The translations under genes and the position numbers were made by a program. Below the pieces are notes generated by a model. The model saw only the letters and a list, made by a program, of their open reading frames with translations. It had not been told where the DNA came from and did no database searches. A DNA stretch of 64,000 nt, from positions 20,212,001 to 20,276,000 of the forward strand of contig OZ059898.1 in assembly GCA_964057225.1 (NCBI GenBank), written 5' to 3'. Below, piece after piece: positions 57,001 through 64,000 of the stretch; position 1 is the first letter of the stretch, and every line of letters begins with the position of its first letter. Source of the DNA: Auanema rhodensis. Its lineage: Eukaryota > Animalia > Nematoda.

Positions 57001-60000
57001 AAATTAGATTTCGCATGTCCATATTAGTCTAAAAACAAATTTTTATTGATATTGGTGCATGGCAACCATGACTTTAAAATTTACGTGTACTTTAATTTAT
57101 GCTAATTAAGTGTACACATGATGTGCACTTGGTTTGTAACTCGCTTCACGTCAAAGATAAAGAGATGCGGTTTTCAAAATTAGATTTCGCATGTCCATAT
57201 TAGTCTAAAAACAAATTTTTATTGATATTGGTGCATGGTAACCATGACTTTGAAATTTACGTGAACTTTAATTTATGCTAATTAAGTGTACACGTGATGT
57301 GCACTTGGTATGTAACTCGCTTCACGTGAAAGATAAAGAGATGCGGTTTTCAAAATTAGATTCCCCATGTCCATATTAGTCTAAAAACAAATTTTTATTG
57401 ATATTGGTGCATGGCAACCATGACTTTAAAGTTTACGTGTACTTTAATTTATGCTAATTAAGTGTACACATGATGTGCACTTGGTATGTAACTCGCTTCA
57501 CGTCAAAGATAAAGAGATGCGGTTTTCAAAATTAGATTCCCCATGTCCATATTAGTCTAAAAACAAATTTTTATTGATATTGGTGCATGGTAACTATGAC
57601 TTTGAAATTTACGTGAACTTTAATTTATGCTAATTAAGTGTACACATGATGTGCACTTGGTATGTAACTCGCTTCACGTCAAAGATAAAGAGATGCGGTT
57701 TTCAAAATTAGATTCCTCATGTCCATATTAGTCTAAAAACAAATTTTTATTAATATTGGTGCATGGTAACCATGACTTTGAAATTTATGTGAACTTTAAT
57801 TTATGCTAATTAAGTGTACACATGATGTGCACTTGGTATGTAACTCGCTTCACGTGAAAGATAAAGAGATGCGGTTTTCAAAATTAGATTCCTCATGTCC
57901 ATATTAGTCTAAAAACGAATTTTTATTGATATTGATGCATGGTAATCATGACTTTGAAATTTTCGTGAACTTTAATTTATGCTTATTAAGTGTACACGTG
58001 ATGTGCACTTGGTATGTAACTCGCTTCACGTGAAAGATAAAGAGATGCGGTTTTCAAAATTAGATTCCCCATGACCATATTAGTCTAAAAACAAATTTTT
58101 ATTGATATTGGTGCATGGTAACCATGACTTTGAAATTTACGTGAACTTTAATTTATGCTAATTAAGTGTACACGTGATGTGCACTCGGTATGTAACTCGC
58201 TTCACGTGAAAGATAAAGAGATGCGGTTTTCAAAATTAGATTCCGCATGTCCATATTAGTCTAAAAACAAATTTTTATTGATATTGGTGCATGGTAACCA
58301 TGACTTTGAAATTTACGTGAACTTTAATTTATGCTAATTAAGTGTACACGTGATGTGCACTTGGTATGTAACTCGCTTCACGTGAAAGATAAAGAGATGC
58401 GGTTTTCAAAATTAGATTCCCCATGTCCATATTAGTCTAAAAACAAATTTTTATTGATATTGGTGCATGGTAACCATGACTTTGAAATTTACGTGAACTT
58501 TAATTTATGCTAATTAAGTGTACACGTGATGTGCACTCGGTATGTAACTCGCTTCACGTGAAAGATAAAGAGATGCGGTTTTCAAAATTAGATTCCGCAT
58601 GTCCATATTAGTCTAAAAACAAATTTTTATTGATATTGGTGCATGGTAACCATGACTTTGAAATTTACGTGAACTTTAATTTATGCTAATTAAGTGTACA
58701 CGTGATGTGCACTTGGTATGTAACTCGCTTCACGTAAAAGATAAAGAGATGCGGTTTTCAAAATTAGGTTCCCCATGTCCATATTAGTCTAAAAACGAAT
58801 TTTTATTGATATTGATGCATGGTAACCATGACTTTGAAATTTACGTGAACTTTAATTTATGCTAATTAAATGTACACGTGATGTGCACTTGGTATGTAAC
58901 TCGCTTCACGTGAAAGATAAAGAGATGCGGTTTTCAAAATTAGATTCCCCATGTCCATATTAGTCTAAAAACAAATTTTTGTTGATATTGGTGGATGGTA
59001 ACCATGACTTTGAAATTTACGTGAACTTTAATTTATGCTAATTAAGTGTACACGTGATGTGCACTTGGTATGTAACTCGCTTCACGTGAAAGATAAAGAG
59101 ATGCGATTTTCAAAATTAGATTCCTCATGTCCATATTAGTCTAAAAACGAATTTTTATTGATATTGATGAATGGTAACCATGACTTTGAAATTTACGTGA
59201 ACTTTAATTTATGCTTATTAAGTGTACACGTGATGTGCACTTGGTATGTAACTCGCTTCAAGTGAAAGATAAAGAGATGCGGTTTTCAAAATTAGATTCC
59301 CCATGTCCATATTAGTCTAAAAACAAATTTTTATTGATATTGGTGCATGGTAACTATGACTTTGAAATTTACGTGAACTTTAATTTATGCTAATTAAGTG
59401 TACACATGATGTGCACTTGGTATGTAACTCGCTTCACGTCAAAGATAAAGAGATGCGGTTTTCGAAATTAGATTCCTCATGTCCATATTAGTCTAAAAAC
59501 AAATTTTTATTGATATTGGTGCATGGTAACTATGACTTTGAAATTTACGTGAACTTTAATTTATGCTAATTAAGTGTACACATGATGTGCACTTGGTATG
59601 TAACTCGCTTCACGTCAAAGATAAAGAGATGCGGTTTTCAAAATTAGATTCCTCATGTCCATATTAGTCTAAAAACAAATTTTTATTGGTATTGGTGCAT
59701 GGCAATCATGACTTTTAAATTTACGTGTACTTTAATTTATGCTAATTAAGTGTACACATGATGTGCACTTGGTATGTAACTCGCTTCACGTCAAAGATAA
59801 AGAGATGCGGTTTTCAAAATTAGATTTCGCATGTCCATATTAGTCTAAAAACAAATTTTTATTGATATTGGTGCATGGCAACCATGACTTTAAAATTTAC
59901 GTGTACTTTAATTTATGCTAATTAAGTGTACACGTGATGTGCACTTGGTATGTAACTCGCTTCACGTGAAAGATAAAGAGATGCGGTTTTCAAAATTAGG

Positions 60001-62600
60001 TTCCCCATGTCCATATTAGTCTAAAAACGAATTTTTATTGATATTGATGCATGGTAACCATGACTTTGAAATTTACGTGAACTTTAATTTATGCTAATTA
60101 AATGTACACGTGATGTGCACTTGGTATGTAACTCGCTTCATGTGAAAGATAAAGAGATGCGGTTTTCAAAATTAGATTCCCCATGTCCATATTAGTCTAA
60201 AAACAAATTTTTGTTGATATTGGTGGATGGTAACCATGACTTTGAAATTTACGTGAACTTTAATTTATGCTAATTAAGTGTACACGTGATGTGCACTTGG
60301 TATGTAACTCGCTTCACGTGAAAGATAAAGAGATGCGGTTTTCAAAATTAGATTCCTCATGTCCATATTAGTCTAAAAACAAATTTTTATTGATATTGGT
60401 GCATGGCAACCATGACTTTAAAATTTACGTGTACTTTAATTTATGCTAATTAAGTGTACACGTGATGTGCACTTGGTATGTAACTCGCTTCACGTGAAAG
60501 ATAAAGAGATGCGGTTTTCAAAATTAGGTTCCCCATGTCCATATTAGTCTAAAAACGAATTTTTATTGATATTGATGCATGGTAACCATGACTTTGAAAT
60601 TTACGTGAACTTTAATTTATGCTAATTAAATGTACACGTGATGTGCACTTGGTATGTAACTCGCTTCATGTGAAAGATAAAGAGATGCGGTTTTCAAAAT
60701 TAGATTCCCCATGTCCATATTAGTCTAAAAACAAATTTTTGTTGATATTGGTGGATGGTAACCATGACTTTGAAATTTACGTGAACTTTAATTTATGCTA
60801 ATTAAGTGTACACGTGATGTGCACTTGGTATGTAACTCGCTTCACGTGAAAGATAAAGAGATGCGGTTTTCAAAATTAGATTCCTCATGTCCATATTAGT
60901 CTAAAAACGAATTTTTATTGATATTGATGAATGGTAACCATGACTTTGAAATTTACGTGAACTTTAATTTATGCTTATTAAGTGTACACGTGATGTGCAC
61001 TTGGTATGTAACTCGCTTCAAGTGAAAGATAAAGAGATGCGGTTTTCAAAATTAGATTCCCCATGTCCATATTAGTCTAAAAACAAATTTTTATTGATAT
61101 TGGTGCATGGTAACTATGACTTTGAAATTTACGTGAACTTTAATTTATGCTAATTAAGTGTACACATGATGTGCACTTGGTATACTTGGTATGTAACTCG
61201 CTTCACGTCAAAGATAAAGAGATGCGGTTTTCAAAATTAGATTTCGCATGTCCATATTAGTCTAAAAACAAATTTTTATTGATATTGATGCATGGTAACC
61301 ATGACTTTGAAATTTACGTGAACTTTAATTTATGCTAATTAAGTGTACACGTGATGTGCACTTGGTATGTAACTCGCTTCACGTGAAAGATAAAGAGATG
61401 CGGTTTTCAAAATTAGATTTCGCATGTCCATATTAGTCTAAAAACAAATTTTTATTGATATTGGTGCATGGCATCCATGACTTTAAAATTTACGTGTACT
61501 TTAATTTATGCTAATTAAGTGTACACGTGATGTGCACTTGGTATGTAACTCGCTTCACGTGAAAGATAAAGAGATGCGGTTTTCAAAATTAGATTTCGCA
61601 TGTCCATATTAGTCTAAAAACAAATTTTTATTGATATTGGTGCATGGCAACCATGACTTTAAAATTTACGTGTACTTCAATTTATGCTAATTAAGTGTAC
61701 ACATGATGTGCACTTGGTTTGTAACTCGCTTCACGTCAAAGATAAAGAGATGCGGTTTTCAAAATTAGATTTCGCATGTCCATATTAGTCTAAAAACAAA
61801 TTTTTATTGATATTGGTGCATGGTAACCATGACTTTGAAATTTACGTGAACTTTAATTTATGCTAATTAAGTGTACACGTGATGTGCACTTGGTATGTAA
61901 CTCGCTTCACGTGAAAGATAAAGAGATGCGGTTTTCAAAATTAGATTCCCCATGTCCATATTAGTCTAAAAACAAATTTTTATTGATATTGGTGCATGGC
62001 AACCATGACTTTAAAGTTTACGTGTACTTTAATTTATGCTAATTAAGTGTACACATGATGTGCACTTGGTATGTAACTCGCTTCACGTCAAAGATAAAGA
62101 GATGCGGTTTTCAAAATTAGATTCCCCATGTCCATATTAGTCTAAAAACAAATTTTTATTGATATTGGTGCATGGTAACTATGACTTTGAAATTTACGTG
62201 AACTTTAATTTATGCTAATTAAGTGTACACATGATGTGCACTTGGTATGTAACTCGCTTCACGTCAAAGATAAAGAGATGCGGTTTTCAAAATTAGATTC
62301 CTCATGTCCATATTAGTCTAAAAACAAATTTTTATTAATATTGGTGCATGGTAACCATGACTTTGAAATTTATGTGAACTTTAATTTATGCTAATTAAGT
62401 GTACACATGATGTGCACTTGGTATGTAACTCGCTTCACGTGAAAGATAAAGAGATGCGGTTTTCAAAATTAGATTCCTCATGTCCATATTAGTCTAAAAA
62501 CGAATTTTTATTGATATTGATGCATGGTAATCATGACTTTGAAATTTTCGTGAACTTTAATTTATGCTTATTAAGTGTACACGTGATGTGCACTTGGTAT
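50800..62600 (+). repeat. Local higher-order repeat of about 23 monomers, about 3 copies (22-, 23- and 26-monomer spacings)
   Basis: GGCAATC at 51781/55653/59701 (3872, 4048). GGCATCC at 53013/56885/61470 (3872, 4585 = 26x176+9). ATTTTCGTG at 53911/57959/62544 (4048, 4585). TTCATGTG at 52217/56089/60137/60665 (last spacing 528 = 3 monomers). Confidence 0.85.
61175..61192 (+). repeat. 9-bp tandem duplication (ACTTGGTAT x2) creating a single 185-bp monomer
   Basis: The sequence reads GTGC-ACTTGGTAT-ACTTGGTAT-GTAAC. Downstream register is shifted by +9 (TAGTCT at 63370 instead of 63361). Confidence 0.97.
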
Positions 62601-64000
62601 GTAACTCGCTTCACGTGAAAGATAAAGGGATGCGGTTTTCAAAATTAGATTCCCCATGTCCATATTAGTCTAAAAACAAATTTTTGTTGATATTGGTGGA
62701 TGGTAACCATGACTTTGAAATTTACGTGAACTTTAATTTATGCTAATTAAGTGTACACGTGATGTGCACTTGGTATGTAACTCGCTTCACGTGAAAGATA
62801 AAGAGATGCGATTTTCAAAATTAGATTTCGCATGTCCATATTAGTCTAAAAACGAATTTTTATTGATATTGGTGCATGGTAACCATGACTTTGAAATTTA
62901 CGTGAACTTTAATTTATGCTAATTAAGTGTACACGTGATGTGCACTTGGTATGTAACTCGCTTCACGTGAAAGATAAAGAGATGCGGTTTTCAAAATTAG
63001 ATTCCCCATGTCCATATTAGTCTAAAAACAAATTTTTATTGATATTGGTGCATGGTAACCATGACTTTGAAATTTACGTGAACTTTAATTTATGCTAATT
63101 AAGTGTACACGTGATGTGCACTCGGTATGTAACTCGCTTCACGTGAAAGATAAAGAGATGCGGTTTTCAAAATTAGATTCCGCATGTCCATATTAGTCTA
63201 AAAACAAATTTTTATTGATATTGGTGCATGGTAACCATGACTTTGAAATTTACGTGAACTTTAATTTATGCTAATTAAGTGTACACGTGATGTGCACTTG
63301 GTATGTAACTCGCTTCACGTGAAAGATAAAGAGATGCGGTTTCCAAAATTAGATTTCGCATGTCCATATTAGTCTAAAAACAAATTTTTGTTGATATTTG
63401 TGGATGGTAACCATGACTTTGAAATTTACGTGAACTTTAATTTATGCTAATTAAGTGTACACATGATGTGCACTTGGTATGTAACTCGCTTCACGTCAAA
63501 GATAAAGAGATGCGGTTTTCAAAATTAGATTCCCCATGTCCATATTAGTCTAAAAACAAATTTTTATTGATATTGGTGCATGGTAACCATGACTTTGAAA
63601 TTTACGTGAACTTTAATTTATGCTAATTAAGTGTACACGTGATGTGCACTTGGTATGTAACTCGCTTCACGTGAAAGATAAAGAGATGCGGTTTTCAAAA
63701 TTAGATTCCCCATGTCCATATTAGTCTAAAAACAAATTTTTATTGATATTGGTGCATGGCAACCATGACTTTAAAGTTTACGTGTACTTTAATTTATGCT
63801 AATTAAGTGTACACATGATGTGCACTTGGTATGTAACTCGCTTCACGTCAAAGATAAAGAGATGCGGTTTTCAAAATTAGATTCCCCATGTCCATATTAG
63901 TCTAAAAACAAATTTTTATTGATATTGGTGCATGGTAACTATGACTTTGAAATTTACGTGAACTTTAATTTATGCTAATTAAGTGTACACATGATGTGCA

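Larger units (their letters stand above)
1..64000 (+). repeat. Tandem satellite DNA array, 176-bp monomer, about 363.6 head-to-tail copies, running off both window ends
   Basis: TAGTCTAAAA starts at 1, 177, 353 and again at every 15-monomer checkpoint (2641, 5281, 7921 ... 60721, with minor variants at 31681 and 42241), which gives a period of exactly 176. Copies usually differ from consensus by 0-6 substitutions. No non-repeat sequence was seen. Confidence 0.99.
1..64000. other. Candidate centromeric or pericentromeric heterochromatin satellite (function inferred)
   Basis: Nucleosome-sized monomer, AT-rich, highly homogeneous, with higher-order repeats and no TE interruptions over 64 kb. 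These are established properties of centromeric satellites, but sequence alone cannot show CENH3/CENP-A occupancy. Confidence 0.5.

Noticed and set aside
1-64000. Repetitive protein under stop readthrough or a TAA/TAG=Gln code (one frame has a single TAG in 60 codons)
   Set aside because: 176 is not a multiple of 3, so the frame shifts each monomer, and the next frame meets TGA (ACG TGA) in type A copies. The variants show no evident codon-position bias.
1-64000. CRISPR array, attC cassette array or other repeat-spacer system
   Set aside because: There are no unique spacers or cassettes. The entire period is repeated and no associated genes are present.
1-64000. Identity with Brassica CentBr (176 bp), Arabidopsis CEN178 or alpha satellite
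   Set aside because: Only the length is similar. I recognise no sequence similarity from memory, and a database search is needed.
1-64000. 5S rDNA, tRNA, snRNA or spliced-leader tandem gene array
   Set aside because: No 5S or tRNA sequence, A/B boxes, cloverleaf, or gene-plus-spacer partition is recognisable.
1-64000. Inversions, TE insertions or telomeric repeats within the array
   Set aside because: Continuous register and orientation leave no room for them, and none was seen.

Overview
The whole 64 kb window is one uninterrupted head-to-tail satellite DNA array with a 176-bp monomer (about 363.6 copies, consensus about 33% GC), all in the same orientation. A consensus-type copy lies at 12673..12848: TAGTCTAAAAACAAATTTTTATTGATATTGGTGCATGGTAACCATGACTTTGAAATTTACGTGAACTTTAATTTATGCTAATTAAGTGTACACGTGATGTGCACTTGGTATGTAACTCGCTTCACGTGAAAGATAAAGAGATGCGGTTTTCAAAATTAGATTCCCCATGTCCATAT. 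Monomer positions cited below are numbered on this sequence. I found no supportable genes, RNA genes, transposon insertions, inversions or CRISPR arrays, and the four ORFs are satellite artefacts. Monomer length, homogeneity and higher-order structure resemble a eukaryotic centromeric or pericentromeric satellite, but I cannot name the family or organism. The internal structure is the interesting part. The 176-bp register holds for 61 kb and is broken by a single 9-bp duplication. Local higher-order repeats and block duplications have shifting periods (9, 10, 12, 16/17, 22/23/26, 28 and 50 monomers). Variants found at both ends are absent from the middle, suggesting layered expansion. The monomer is rich in palindromes and transcription-factor-like motifs, and comes in two linked haplotype states. 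All variant mapping was done by eye, so block boundaries are approximate and counts are minimums.
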